The notes under the pieces were generated by a model that was not told the DNA's origin, did no database searches, and worked only from the letters and a program-made list of their open reading frames with translations. A DNA stretch of 64,000 nt from an uncultured virus (IMG/VR IMGVR_UViG_3300017963_000256) (lineage: Duplodnaviria; Heunggongvirae; Uroviricota; Caudoviricetes), in the IMG/VR virus record IMGVR_UViG_3300017963_000256. The stretch is one strand, 5' to 3'. The position numbers and the translations under genes are program-made. Of this stretch, positions 8,975 through 19,379 are shown one piece after another (position 1 is the stretch's first letter; every line of letters begins with the position of its first letter).

Positions 8975-11900
8975 TTAATATTTTATTTTTTTGCCGACAA
9001 TTTTTTCGATTGCCGCATCGATTTTCTTAGATACTCCAAATTTACCTTCCCGATCATATTTTTCAGCCATTTTGACCAATTCTTCTACAACATCTGACTT
9101 TTTCTCTGGTTTTCTTGTAACATCTGGTAAACCAATAACTTCCTCTTCATCTTCCTCTTCTTCCTGCGGAACTTCCTGAAAATCTTGTTCAATCTGACCC
9201 CATTCTTCAACTTCAGGAGTAGCAGGGGTTTGCGGGGCTTTGGGAAGTACTGAAGGCAAACTCAAAGCTTCTTCCTCTTCCACCTCTTCTTGCACCTCTT
9301 CCACGGGTTCAGTGGCAGTTTCTTGCGGCAATACGGAAGGAAGGCCAAGGACTTCTTCCTCCTCTTCGGGGGTTACTTCGGGGGTTACTTCGGGGGCGAC
9401 CTCTTCTTCAGTAGGTAGCACAGAAGGAAGCCCAAATTCTTCAACTTCTTCTTCAATATCTTGCATGCTTTCGGCTTCGTCAGCCATTTGATCAACTACT
9501 AACTCTTCAGTTTCTTCAACAGTAACTACATTGATATCGGCATCGACTTTTTCTTCAAAATCACCAAATGCTTCTTCGTTGGTGATATCAGGAATATAAG
9601 TCGTAATGTCTTCAGGACTGTCAACAGGAAGAGTATTGTATGGTTTTCTTTCCTGAGGATCCTCTGTTTCGCTTCTTTCGCGAAGAATCTCGTCAGCTTC
9701 TTGTTCTGATTCAGCCATGCTTTCTTCTATTTCTCTCGCACCTTCTTCGCCAAACTCTCTTACTCTGGTATTATGTAATGCCGTTTCTATCAAGTCATCG
9801 CCAGTAGCGTCTCCACCAGTGGCTACTGCTTCTTCCATTGATTCACGCAATTCACGCGCAGAATTTTGAACAGCCGCTCTCTGCTGTTCTACGTCTGTAA
9901 TCTCTTGAACATCCTCTGAAGCAATCCCCAAATTTTGCAAAGCACCAGACAAAGTGTCAACCAAGCCTCTGTCATCACCAGAATCGGTATTAGGGATATT
10001 GACAGGATTGTGCGTAGGAATCACAGGTTCTTCTTCAGTTTCCACGAGATTCTCATCCTCACGAAGTCCCGGCAAAAACCTCTGTACGACATCGGGATGT
10101 TCTCTGCGATATTGCTCAAATTCTTCTGTGGTCATAGATGCAAACGCAACAAAAGCAGCTTGGGCACGTTCCAAAGATCTTCCATCATAATTTGTTCTTA
10201 ACTGGAATGCATTGGTATCAGGGTCGAAAAAAACTAATCTTTCATCAGATGGTCTAATCCCTGAATTTCTTTCATTGTAAGGGTCTGTCATATCTACGCA
10301 GAAATTCTTCTGGACGACTTGGAATGCATCGTTTAGAGTCGTAAAATACCCACGTCCCTTGGAATCATTCCTAATAATCTCTCTGAACTTTGCCATACCT
10401 TCAGCATCTTCTGGATTGAAGTCACGACTCGTAACGGTAATGGGACTTGAAGCTATAGATGTTCCTTCCTTAACCTCAGACCATCCAGCAAAATAAAACT
10501 TTCTGTTCCTAACATTACCTTTGGAGTCTCTGTAAGGAACAAACTCAGGAGACACAATGATATCTAAAACCTTATTAGGAATGGGCACGTTTTCTTCAAA
10601 CACATACTTAGGAGTGGATGGGCTTTTCTTCCAGTCTCCGTTTGTATCAATTGTGAATGCAAAACTAGGATCTCTCTCTTCAAAAGGCACACTTTCACCA
10701 TGCGATCTTGGCCTTTTCTTCCGAACATCGTCCGGTGTAAGATTCTTCATTCTCTCTTGTAAAAAATCACTAAACATATTGATCTTCTGACGCAAGCTTG
10801 GACGATTGGCCTGCTGTGCTTCTGCGGCCTCTGCGTCAAGAGATAGTCTTGTGGCTACTGCATCTACAGCGGTAGTATCTTTGTCAGGATTGCCACCATT
10901 ACTTGCAACGATATTTTTGGCTTCTTCAATAAATGGCTCTCTGAACTCTGCTGCAGTTACAAGATCAGGATGTTTGGCTTTCATCTTTTTGTAATTTGCA
11001 CTGCCAATATTAACCTCTACTGGCATATCACTGCCAAGCCTGAACTCAGGAGCAACAGAAGCATTATAATCAAACTCGTTACCACGTTTTGCAGATGTAC
11101 CGCGAGAAACAAGAGACGGGAAAGTAGTTCTTCGATTCATTTGATATGCTTGAGGAAGAACTTCATGATCTTCTCTTAATGGGAAGTATGCGTCTCCATA
11201 CATGACAACATCGTCAACTGTCTGAGGAACAACTTCATTCCCCTCTGAGTCATACATTTTTTTGGTCTTTTTATAGCGCTTAGATACTTCGGTGTATTCT
11301 CTAGTCTTAGGAGATTCTCTAGGAGTTAACAACGGAATTACAGCATTCTTGGCACACGTAGTATCTAACATGAAGTCTTTTAAACGATCTACAGGTTTAT
11401 CTCCATCATAGACACCGGGACATTCCACATTGGCTAAAGGAAGTCCAGTTTCATCATCATAAGCTTGGCGTCCATAAGTATAATAGGCATGATTGGTTGC
11501 GAGTTGGATAATCTCAGAATACGACAACTTAGGATCTTGACCTGCCGCCTCTCTGTTGTCCATTTCGGCTACAACATCGTTGGCGACATTGACGTAATTG
11601 AATGCAATCGGTCTTTTGGCTTCGTTTTTGAAGTTTACAGGAACACTTACAAAAAAGCCTCTGCCGGGAACTTCATAATTTATCCACTTGAATAAGGATG
11701 CCGTTGCGATATCGTCTTTAATAGGATATTTAATATTTGTATTTGATTCTTGAGGATCGTTCAAAACCCCATGACGACTATCTACTGGACAAAAAGGAAC
11801 AAACTCGCCTTCTTTATTTGATTCAACCCAATCTGTTTCCCGCTGCGCTCCACATTTTTCACAATAACCAAAAAATTTCTTCTCAACGCTTTTGTTCTTT

Positions 11901-12238
11901 TCACGTTGCGTCAGATATCCAATAGCGTTAGAAAGCGCATCAGGATTTTCAACTTGTTTCAATATACTGTCATAACCGGGACGCAATTCTCCCTCTGCAG
12001 CAGGGGGCATATCACCTCTGGGAATAACAACGCGCCATCTGAAATAGGAATCATCACCCAACAGTTTTCTGTATAAATTCTTAATTTTGATTGCCTGTTC
12101 CCCAAAGATTTCTTTTATATTATTTGTACGCAATCTAATGCCAGCATGAGAACCCATCGCTTCTTTGGGCAGAGACGCTTTAATGAGTCTTCTAAACTCT
12201 TTTTGGGTTTTTTTCAATAATTTCTTTAATGAGTTCAT
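8975..12238 (-). CDS. Large hypothetical protein, probably virion-associated
   Basis: 1087 aa; CEKC...CPVDSRH metal site; acidic C-terminus with LPSVLP x3; terminal helical module. Confidence 0.6.
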   Translation of the reverse strand: MNSLKKLLKKTQKEFRRLIKASLPKEAMGSHAGIRLRTNNIKEIFGEQAIKIKNLYRKLLGDDSYFRWRVVIPRGDMPPAAEGELRPGYDSILKQVENPDALSNAIGYLTQREKNKSVEKKFFGYCEKCGAQRETDWVESNKEGEFVPFCPVDSRHGVLNDPQESNTNIKYPIKDDIATASLFKWINYEVPGRGFFVSVPVNFKNEAKRPIAFNYVNVANDVVAEMDNREAAGQDPKLSYSEIIQLATNHAYYTYGRQAYDDETGLPLANVECPGVYDGDKPVDRLKDFMLDTTCAKNAVIPLLTPRESPKTREYTEVSKRYKKTKKMYDSEGNEVVPQTVDDVVMYGDAYFPLREDHEVLPQAYQMNRRTTFPSLVSRGTSAKRGNEFDYNASVAPEFRLGSDMPVEVNIGSANYKKMKAKHPDLVTAAEFREPFIEEAKNIVASNGGNPDKDTTAVDAVATRLSLDAEAAEAQQANRPSLRQKINMFSDFLQERMKNLTPDDVRKKRPRSHGESVPFEERDPSFAFTIDTNGDWKKSPSTPKYVFEENVPIPNKVLDIIVSPEFVPYRDSKGNVRNRKFYFAGWSEVKEGTSIASSPITVTSRDFNPEDAEGMAKFREIIRNDSKGRGYFTTLNDAFQVVQKNFCVDMTDPYNERNSGIRPSDERLVFFDPDTNAFQLRTNYDGRSLERAQAAFVAFASMTTEEFEQYRREHPDVVQRFLPGLREDENLVETEEEPVIPTHNPVNIPNTDSGDDRGLVDTLSGALQNLGIASEDVQEITDVEQQRAAVQNSARELRESMEEAVATGGDATGDDLIETALHNTRVREFGEEGAREIEESMAESEQEADEILRERSETEDPQERKPYNTLPVDSPEDITTYIPDITNEEAFGDFEEKVDADINVVTVEETEELVVDQMADEAESMQDIEEEVEEFGLPSVLPTEEEVAPEVTPEVTPEEEEEVLGLPSVLPQETATEPVEEVQEEVEEEEALSLPSVLPKAPQTPATPEVEEWGQIEQDFQEVPQEEEEDEEEVIGLPDVTRKPEKKSDVVEELVKMAEKYDREGKFGVSKKIDAAIEKIVGKKIKY

Positions 12239-12253
12239 TTGAAAAACTCCGGA

Positions 12254-12640
12254 TTATTCAACAATTTTATGTAATTCAACGTTCGCAAGATCTGCTGAAC
12301 TCCATTGAGGCAAAGGCATTGGAACCGGTACATCCCAAACCTTTCTGGCATACCTTAATGCTTCACGAATGGACCTGAAGTATTTTCCAGAAGGAGGATA
12401 GTCATCCGGCATCTTTCTAATTCCGGCAAAATATGATTTCCCATATTCATCAGTAATACTAGGAGAAACCACAATATAATAGGAAGCATTGGATTCTGGA
12501 TCGTCGCCTTCCCACCGGAAATAGCTCATAGGACCGATCTCTTCATCGAATTTTTCCTTCATGAAAAGAGACTTTTTTTTGTAAAGCTCTTTCCATTCGA
12601 TGTTTCGGTCTTTGATTCGTTTGGCAGCTGACTTTTTCAT
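12254..12640 (-). CDS. Hypothetical protein
   Basis: 128 aa, overlaps the portal stop (ATGA coupling). Confidence 0.6.
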   Translation of the reverse strand: MKKSAAKRIKDRNIEWKELYKKKSLFMKEKFDEEIGPMSYFRWEGDDPESNASYYIVVSPSITDEYGKSYFAGIRKMPDDYPPSGKYFRSIREALRYARKVWDVPVPMPLPQWSSADLANVELHKIVE

Positions 12641-14763
12641 TTTTTACCTTTTTTACCCATCTGTTCTCGATATATCTGGGCTTTTTTATTGATGGTATCG
12701 ACAATCTTATTAATGACCGCACCAAACCGATCATTAATTTCTTTGTCCCTAAACCTTAAAACAGTCCATCCTCCTTGAGCCAGCCTAGTATCGCGTTCAC
12801 GATCCCTTTCCAACTGAGAAGGAGAACTATGAAAAGCCTCACCATCACACTCAACTGCAATTTTCAAATCAGGAAAAGCAAAATCCAACTTATAAGGTCC
12901 AACTTCAAATTGCGCAAACTTCCTGTATGGAATCTTGGATTGCATCAATCCTTTATACATTTTCTTTTCAATACTTGTAAACTGTATGATTTTATTTTGC
13001 TGAACTCCCTCTTTTTCCTCATTAGATTGACGCTCTAATTTTCTGCGCTTTTCAGGTTTCATAATCTTCTTTTCAGGAGGGACAGAAGCCGCTGTAGGTG
13101 GAGCGCCCATGTCCATACCGCCTAAGTCTGGAGCACCACCGGCACCCATGTCTGGAGCACCCATGTCACCCGCCATGCCCATGTCTGGAGCACCATCAAG
13201 CGGCGGCATTCCTCCGCCCATATCTCCGCCGATTGGCGCTCCTCCGAAACCACCGCCCATACCACCCATACCACCCATACCACCCATATCACCACCACCG
13301 GGTGCCATCATTGACATGGTAGCCTGCTCGAAGCGGATACGTTCGACTTCCTGATCGTAATCGACATTGACCTTCTCACACAGCGTTTCAGCAGAGATGA
13401 TTTGCTTTTCATGAAGCTGCATGAAGTTCTGGATTTCTTGGTTTTTGTCGCGAAGATTCAAATCATTCCATCTTATTTTCGGGTAAAGATAAATGGTTTC
13501 ACCCAACTCTGCACTGGCTTCTTCATCCACAAACCCCTGCATCTGGGCAATCGGTTTGTAAATGCATTCTTCAATCCAGCGCTTCAGCTGGAGTCTCCAG
13601 TTTTCCATACGCTGAATCATGGTTTCAACACCAATGGCAAGACCAGAATAACTGCCCATTTCACCATTGAGAAGTGCCTGATTCAACATGACACCATCCA
13701 GAACTTCTTGAGCCACATATTCTAACTCATTGGAAATCTGGATGGTTTTACCAGATGCGCCATACCAGTCATATTCGAAAGCATGGTGCGTAATGAGTGT
13801 CAGGTTCGGATCATTGGCAACTGCACCTAACTGTGCCTGCATGTCCGCAATATCCTGAGGACCGGCTGGACGTTCATCGTTACCAACCTTAACGACTCTA
13901 ATAGGAAGAATCATTCTTTCTGCAACAATCCACTGCGCCGTCATCAGCTTATCTTTGTAAGCCAAGGTCTTAAACAGGCGGCGAATCAGTGATGTGCCGT
14001 AAGTCTGGTACGGAGAAGCATTGTGTTTAAGGTGTTTTACGGCGCGATTTGACAGCGGAATAGGCTGACCAGTTGCGACCAGATTCTTAACATTCATCGG
14101 GAGTTTGTCGTAAATCTGACGCGGTGTTTTCTGGAGGACAATTCTTCTAAGTTCGTCATCAGGAGTTAGTGTAACAAGTGGTTCGTCGGCAAGAATATTC
14201 CACTGGACATCGATCCAATCCGGATTGAGAACGAGGATTCTTTTAATTGTTCCATTAGGATGACGACATTTTACAGATGGATTCTCAGGATTTACACCTG
14301 AACCACCACAAATACCGCATTCGAACTCTGTGAATGGAAATACATCGCCAATCAGAAAGTATTCATGTGAAATCATTTGAGTCCAATAATCAAGATTCAA
14401 GCGTTTGGCTGCATTATCAAAGTACATCTTGATTTTTGGATCTGGACACTCGTTTTCAAACCCATTCATTGGGAACATGGCATAGAAGTTAATGGCGGCA
14501 GCTACTTTAGGTTCGTTTTCAAAGTAGTACCGGCACCATTGAGAAACTTCACGGCGCTTAGAGGGAATTTGCCAGTTTTGCGGGGTATGAAGCGGAGAGA
14601 AAAACATGGGCTGAGTGAAAAGCGTGTTTCCACCATAGCCCATTAGGTCTGTCGTACTAGCCGCAGCAGTCTTTATGGATGCTCCCATGTGACTGGTTTT
14701 TACTGTCGCAGCCGACTTGGACCTTTGGAAGTGTCCTTGAATATCTGACGTAATTAAACGCAT
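12637..14763 (-). CDS. Portal protein fused to a C-terminal DUF559/Vsr-like endonuclease
   Basis: Portal-like motifs (EYFLIGDVF, LNPDWIDV, SPYQTYGTSLI), Gly/Met linker, then GPYKLDFAFPDLKIAVECDGEAFH...DRERDTRL...GWTVLRF. Confidence 0.8.
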   Translation of the reverse strand: MRLITSDIQGHFQRSKSAATVKTSHMGASIKTAAASTTDLMGYGGNTLFTQPMFFSPLHTPQNWQIPSKRREVSQWCRYYFENEPKVAAAINFYAMFPMNGFENECPDPKIKMYFDNAAKRLNLDYWTQMISHEYFLIGDVFPFTEFECGICGGSGVNPENPSVKCRHPNGTIKRILVLNPDWIDVQWNILADEPLVTLTPDDELRRIVLQKTPRQIYDKLPMNVKNLVATGQPIPLSNRAVKHLKHNASPYQTYGTSLIRRLFKTLAYKDKLMTAQWIVAERMILPIRVVKVGNDERPAGPQDIADMQAQLGAVANDPNLTLITHHAFEYDWYGASGKTIQISNELEYVAQEVLDGVMLNQALLNGEMGSYSGLAIGVETMIQRMENWRLQLKRWIEECIYKPIAQMQGFVDEEASAELGETIYLYPKIRWNDLNLRDKNQEIQNFMQLHEKQIISAETLCEKVNVDYDQEVERIRFEQATMSMMAPGGGDMGGMGGMGGMGGGFGGAPIGGDMGGGMPPLDGAPDMGMAGDMGAPDMGAGGAPDLGGMDMGAPPTAASVPPEKKIMKPEKRRKLERQSNEEKEGVQQNKIIQFTSIEKKMYKGLMQSKIPYRKFAQFEVGPYKLDFAFPDLKIAVECDGEAFHSSPSQLERDRERDTRLAQGGWTVLRFRDKEINDRFGAVINKIVDTINKKAQIYREQMGKKGKK

Positions 14764-14808
14764 TTTTCAGGATCCTTGTATACATATTCAATACTTCAAT
14801 TTTCAGGT

Positions 14809-14985
14809 TCAGTTGCAAAGTTCGCCGCACTTGGGGCATTTAACTTTGCTTATATCACATACTTCTTTGGAGGGACATGATTTCACAAATTTTGTCCCAC
14901 AATCACATTTCACAATTTTAGAGTGCCTCTCGCCTTGAGGCTTATTCGGTTCCGGCAACTTGTTCGAAAGTTCTCTTTCTGACAT
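14809..14985 (-). CDS. Small zinc-ribbon protein, 58 aa (not in ORF track)
   Basis: GGAGG ribosome-binding site then ATG; MSEREL...KCDCGTKF...KCPKCGELCN. Confidence 0.65.
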   Translation of the reverse strand: MSERELSNKLPEPNKPQGERHSKIVKCDCGTKFVKSCPSKEVCDISKVKCPKCGELCN

Positions 14986-16423
14986 CGCCTTCCTCCTGAG
15001 GACTGAGTTTTCTCTTGGGTTTTACTTCGTCTTCTTCGTCCCAATCCTCGTCCGTTTCTTTGGTCATTGCTTTGTTGGACATCTGTTTTCCCAACTGCTG
15101 CCCTTGTTGGGAATCCATGTCAATATTGGTATTTTGAATACCTTGAGGAGCTTCAACGGCTCCCGGTTCGGCTTTAATAGGACGAACCCATCTGTTCAAT
15201 TGTGGATCTAAACGTGCTCGACAACTCTGACATTCGCTTTGGTGGTCTTTGCTGAGCGGACTGTCACAGGAGGGGCAGAACCCCGACCTCAAAGGTCTCG
15301 TGATCGGGACTAATTCTTCATCTGGCGACATGTTAGCTACTTTTTTTTTTTTATGATTGTACGCTGTTTTTTCTCTTGGAGCAATTGATTCAGGCAGATC
15401 ACCTTCACGTTGTTTTGAAAGTCGCCTTTCAGTTGAAAATTCATCTGTCCGGATAGGTCTGCGTCTTTCGCCCGGTTTCAACTGATATTGAGGATCTTCG
15501 GTATCGTGGTGTACTTCAAAGCGTTTATCAATATATCCGCCAACCCATTCACCATCTTCATTTCTGTAGGCGCGGGAATATTTATCCATGAGGTTTTGAC
15601 GCCAGACAGCTTCGCCACATAGAACCTTATTATCATCGACAACCATACCATCGAGACAGTAATAACGGCAGTTATAAAGAGAAATAACGTTTCTGAGTTT
15701 CGGGCAGTAACGTTTCTCTTCTGGTCCATAGAGGATGGAATGCGTTGTTCCGCCGCCACCCCAACCGCCAGCGGTTTTCTGCATTTTGTCGGTATCAGCT
15801 TTCTTCTCGACGGATGCAGTTTTTTGTTCTTTGAGATTGAATGATTTTTTCATTTTACCTTCCTCAGATGCAAGGGCGATGGATTCTTCTATGGTTTCAG
15901 ATGCACCTTCAGGCTCATCTGGAACTTCCTCTATGGCAACATCTTCCACAACTTCCTTCTCAGGACCTGTTGCTTCTCCTAATCCTCTATGGACATAGGA
16001 GCTATAAATAAAATCAATGGCATAATCTTTTCCGATATCGTCTGCTTCTTCTCCCAAGTCTTCTTGTTTTTTAGAAGTCATATACTCAGTTACGGCATCA
16101 CCAAGGTTGTTTTGATTCTCAGGGAAAAGAGCAAACAATGCGTCTTCAATTATTTCTTGAACATCGCCAGCACTGCCAAGTTGTGGTGAGTTCATGCCCA
16201 ACTCGTAAGCCTCGTCAAGAGCGGCTTCAAGTATCTGAGGGCTATCCATTTTCTTCGTAAGGATATCAGAAATTTGCGATTCTATATCCTTAGGTTCTGT
16301 AGGTTCCTGAACTTCTTCATCCACTTCAACCACAGGATCTTCAGCCATAAAATCTTCAACAGCCGGATCCAGTTCCGGAAGACCTTCTAGTTGAGCTTTC
16401 TTATGGTTATGCAAGTTAAACAT
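14942..16423 (-). CDS. Hypothetical head-associated protein
   Basis: 493 aa; FNL tags, Cys-rich central domain, C-terminal CPSC/CQSC ribbon; contains an A12 run. Confidence 0.65.
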   Translation of the reverse strand: MFNLHNHKKAQLEGLPELDPAVEDFMAEDPVVEVDEEVQEPTEPKDIESQISDILTKKMDSPQILEAALDEAYELGMNSPQLGSAGDVQEIIEDALFALFPENQNNLGDAVTEYMTSKKQEDLGEEADDIGKDYAIDFIYSSYVHRGLGEATGPEKEVVEDVAIEEVPDEPEGASETIEESIALASEEGKMKKSFNLKEQKTASVEKKADTDKMQKTAGGWGGGGTTHSILYGPEEKRYCPKLRNVISLYNCRYYCLDGMVVDDNKVLCGEAVWRQNLMDKYSRAYRNEDGEWVGGYIDKRFEVHHDTEDPQYQLKPGERRRPIRTDEFSTERRLSKQREGDLPESIAPREKTAYNHKKKKVANMSPDEELVPITRPLRSGFCPSCDSPLSKDHQSECQSCRARLDPQLNRWVRPIKAEPGAVEAPQGIQNTNIDMDSQQGQQLGKQMSNKAMTKETDEDWDEEDEVKPKRKLSPQEEGDVRKRTFEQVAGTE

Positions 16424-17287
16424 TTACTTATTACCCATTAAAGTATCCATCAACTTACTCTGAAGAGCACTGGTGGTCTTGGGTTTTTCGACCTTAATCT
16501 CAGTTTTTTCAGTCTGACGTGTCATTGAAGATTTCAGTTCAGCGTTTTGTTCTGCAATCTTTTCGTCCATGCCCTTGTCGATATTCTTCAGCTTTTCAGG
16601 GTCGTCAAAGATACTAATCTGGTCTTTGGCGACACGGGCTGACTTCCAACCGGATTCAAGTTTCTGACCGGATCCAGCAGGCGTAATCAAGGAACCTTTC
16701 TGGACCGCGCCCTTGGCAGCGTCTTCTTCCCACTGTTCTTTGCGTTTGGCGGATCTTTGTTCTTTTTCTTCACGGATCTTAGCCAGTTTTTCACCAGCAT
16801 CCGTATTCTTGATGTTCGCAATGGCATCTGGGTTGAAGATACTATTAGTGAGTGATTTCTGTTTATTCGGGCCACCATGGTCTGTGATTTTGGCAGTGCC
16901 AGCATTCATGATGCGGTGACCTGAAAAGATATCCTGTTCAGCGAATTCAGAATCCAATTTCTGGGAAGGTTTAATCTTTTCCCATTCTTTGGGTTCCGGT
17001 TTCTCGTCAATACGTGGCTTCACGACCGGTTTTTCAGGAGTTGTGAATTCCATTTTGACGAGTTTTTCGTCTGATGTTTCTTCAACTTGGGGTTCTTCTT
17101 TTGTCTCAGCTTCAACGAGTTCGTTCACATCGTAGTCAAAAGATTCATCACCATCCTTTAATTCGCCCACGGTAGAAACTTCCGCTTTTTTCTCGACTTG
17201 TTTCTCATCCTGTTTGGGAGACAGTTTTTTGGTGAGAGCTTTCACAAGTTCGTTTTTGTTTTCGTTGCTGATCTTGTTAATGATCAT
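16424..17287 (-). CDS. Hypothetical charged protein
   Basis: 287 aa, abuts both neighbours in the head operon. Confidence 0.6.
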   Translation of the reverse strand: MIINKISNENKNELVKALTKKLSPKQDEKQVEKKAEVSTVGELKDGDESFDYDVNELVEAETKEEPQVEETSDEKLVKMEFTTPEKPVVKPRIDEKPEPKEWEKIKPSQKLDSEFAEQDIFSGHRIMNAGTAKITDHGGPNKQKSLTNSIFNPDAIANIKNTDAGEKLAKIREEKEQRSAKRKEQWEEDAAKGAVQKGSLITPAGSGQKLESGWKSARVAKDQISIFDDPEKLKNIDKGMDEKIAEQNAELKSSMTRQTEKTEIKVEKPKTTSALQSKLMDTLMGNK

Positions 17288-17299
17288 ATCTAAATCCTT

Positions 17300-18121
17300 T
17301 TAATAGTTTTTAAACTGGGCATCTATGTATTCGGAAGGGTAAATAATCTTCCAATACTTTTTGAGCATTGCTTTAGTCTTTTCGTCAAGAGCAGCAAAAG
17401 ATTTGATACCAGCTTCTTTCTTGGTGGTATCTTCTTCTTTTTTTGCAACTTTCTTTTCCGGAATATCTGATTTTTTGTAACTTACGATGTAACCCAAGTC
17501 TTTCAAAACGTGTGTAGCCGCAAGAGCAGCAGATGAAATTGAATGTTCAATCTCTTTAAGAACGCCATAATACTCGCTCATGTCGCTCAAGTGATTTTCA
17601 TCCTGTGGTTCTTCAGGATTCTGAACAGATGCGTCTAAAAGCGCATCAACCTGAGTAGATAGCATAGCGACTACATCAGAATTATTTGCCAAACTGTTCA
17701 AACTTACTGTGTATTTCTCAAGATTCTTGAGAAGCTGAGACGCCTTTCTATCATCAATGGCATCCAGTTCCATAACCGGAGTATTCTCAATCTTGTTGAT
17801 ACTCGCCTGAACCTGTGGCAATTTTTCAACTAACTGCTGAAAAGCATTTGTAACAGAAAGAGAGTGTTTGTCGGTGTATCCGAAAGATCTCAACTGAACT
17901 GGCTCTAACGCTTTTGCAAGAGACAATTCTAAGTTCATAAGTTGACTCACCAGATCATCCAACTTGGAAACTGATTCTTTAAGAACTGCACCATTATGCC
18001 CCGGAGAACTTGCCTTTTTCTTCTGGGCAGCAGTTTTCTTTCCCGCTTCATTTATGCGAGAAGAAACCAGTTTGATCATCGGATCAAAGGTTGATGATTT
18101 TCCAACAGGTGTAATCCTCAT
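17300..18121 (-). CDS. Hypothetical protein with C-terminal YWK..YP..Y.D module
   Basis: 273 aa, helical; ends MLKKYWKIIYPSEYIDAQFKNY. Confidence 0.65.
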   Translation of the reverse strand: MRITPVGKSSTFDPMIKLVSSRINEAGKKTAAQKKKASSPGHNGAVLKESVSKLDDLVSQLMNLELSLAKALEPVQLRSFGYTDKHSLSVTNAFQQLVEKLPQVQASINKIENTPVMELDAIDDRKASQLLKNLEKYTVSLNSLANNSDVVAMLSTQVDALLDASVQNPEEPQDENHLSDMSEYYGVLKEIEHSISSAALAATHVLKDLGYIVSYKKSDIPEKKVAKKEEDTTKKEAGIKSFAALDEKTKAMLKKYWKIIYPSEYIDAQFKNY

Positions 18122-18143
18122 AGAAGTCCTCTTTAACCAATGA

Positions 18144-18545
18144 CTATTTCACACTGGTACTGTTCAAAAGATTCTTCTGATCGCTGTCATAAACGATCCC
18201 TTTACTCTGAGAAGCAAGATCGAGTATGGCTCTTACATCTTTTTCGGCTTGGAATGGATCCGTTTCTGCTTGTGCAGATTTCTCCATTCCTTTGCCGGAA
18301 GCTGCTTTCTCACTTACGTCTGAACCGTAACCGGTTGTTTCGATTCCGATTTCATGCGTATTTGAGATTTTTAATCTTATTTTCTTACCATCATCTTTGA
18401 AACAGGTGACGGTAATGTGGTCGCCAAAATTAAAAATAGAAGCTTTCCAACCACATGCCATTCCGCAGCGACAAAGAATCCCTGCCCTGTCTGCGGCATG
18501 CAGATCAGGGCGGTCAGCTAGAACGGTAGCGTAATCAGTTTCCAT
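18144..18545 (-). CDS. Hypothetical protein
   Basis: 133 aa, fills the gap in the operon; TAG stop. Confidence 0.5.
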   Translation of the reverse strand: METDYATVLADRPDLHAADRAGILCRCGMACGWKASIFNFGDHITVTCFKDDGKKIRLKISNTHEIGIETTGYGSDVSEKAASGKGMEKSAQAETDPFQAEKDVRAILDLASQSKGIVYDSDQKNLLNSTSVK

Positions 18546-18568
18546 TTATCTTCCTGTTCAACTAGTGA

Positions 18569-19153
18569 TTAATAATTCGACAGCATCGCGTCAACGTATG
18601 CAGCCGGATACAGCTTTTTCCAATAGCTTCCCAACATACTCTTTTGATCCGGAGTAAGGGCTGACAGCTTGGTGAAAGCTTTTTCACTAGCACAGGTTTC
18701 TTTGGTTTCTTTTTCGAGCTTCGCAGGGGCTTTCAGCTTAGCGCCACAGCCACTGCACTGGAACTGATCGCCAGCTGAAGCGGTAACAACGCTGCACTTC
18801 GGGCACTTAAACTTAGAAGCCATACAGCTTTCTTTATCTTCTTTGTCATCGTCATCATCGTCGTCATCCGACTTTTCTTCCTTGTCATCGTCGTCTGACT
18901 CTTCTTTTTCTTCCTTATCATCGTCGTCTGACTCTTCTTTGGCTTCGACTTTGATCTCTTCGGCTTCCTCTGAAGCTTCTTTGACCTCAGTTTCTTCGGT
19001 CGTGGCTTCTTTAAGCTCATCTTCCGAAGGCTCTACCGTTTCGGTAGTTGCTTCTTCAGTTGAGGCTTGTTTTGAAAGCCCCTTCTGATCGTCCAGAATT
19101 TCCTTCAAGCTCTTAGGCTCTCCGAAAATACCTAAAATTTTGTTAGTAATCAT
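18569..19153 (-). CDS. Acidic protein with zinc ribbon and C-terminal YWK module
   Basis: 194 aa; EESDDDDKEEK repeats, CPKC/CSGC, ends SYWKKLYPAAYVDAMLSNY. Confidence 0.65.
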   Translation of the reverse strand: MITNKILGIFGEPKSLKEILDDQKGLSKQASTEEATTETVEPSEDELKEATTEETEVKEASEEAEEIKVEAKEESDDDDKEEKEESDDDDKEEKSDDDDDDDDKEDKESCMASKFKCPKCSVVTASAGDQFQCSGCGAKLKAPAKLEKETKETCASEKAFTKLSALTPDQKSMLGSYWKKLYPAAYVDAMLSNY

Positions 19154-19198
19154 ACCTGTCTCCCATAAAAAAAACGTTAAACGACACTAACAATAGTT

Positions 19199-19224
19199 AT
19201 TATGCAAAATTAGTTAGTTTCCTT
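19199..19224 (-). promoter_or_regulatory. Putative late promoter AAGGA-N17-TAAT
   Basis: Recurring motif ~45 nt upstream of the ATG at 19153. Confidence 0.55.
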
Positions 19225-19368
19225 CTTTTTATTCAATTCAGAAGGAGGTACAAAGCCATGTTTCGCAGGCTTATAGACATCTGTTCGCCGGTCTTTCATG
19301 TTCATTAGACCGGATTCCCAATCCAAGTACTTGCGTTTCTTATTTTTAGGCTTATCTTTTTTCGCCAC
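19210..19368 (-). CDS. Small basic protein, 52 aa (not in ORF track)
   Basis: AGGTG ribosome-binding site then GTG; MAKKDKPKNKKRKYLDWESG... Confidence 0.5.
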   Translation of the reverse strand: MAKKDKPKNKKRKYLDWESGLMNMKDRRTDVYKPAKHGFVPPSELNKKKETN

Positions 19369-19379
19369 AATTAAACACC

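Noticed and set aside
12637..13020. Intein-associated endonuclease in the portal
   Set aside because: The domain is C-terminal and has no Hint splice motifs or terminal His-Asn.
14809..14985. Frameshifted zinc-ribbon pseudogene
   Set aside because: Careful translation gives one intact 58-aa frame, below the ORF-track cutoff.
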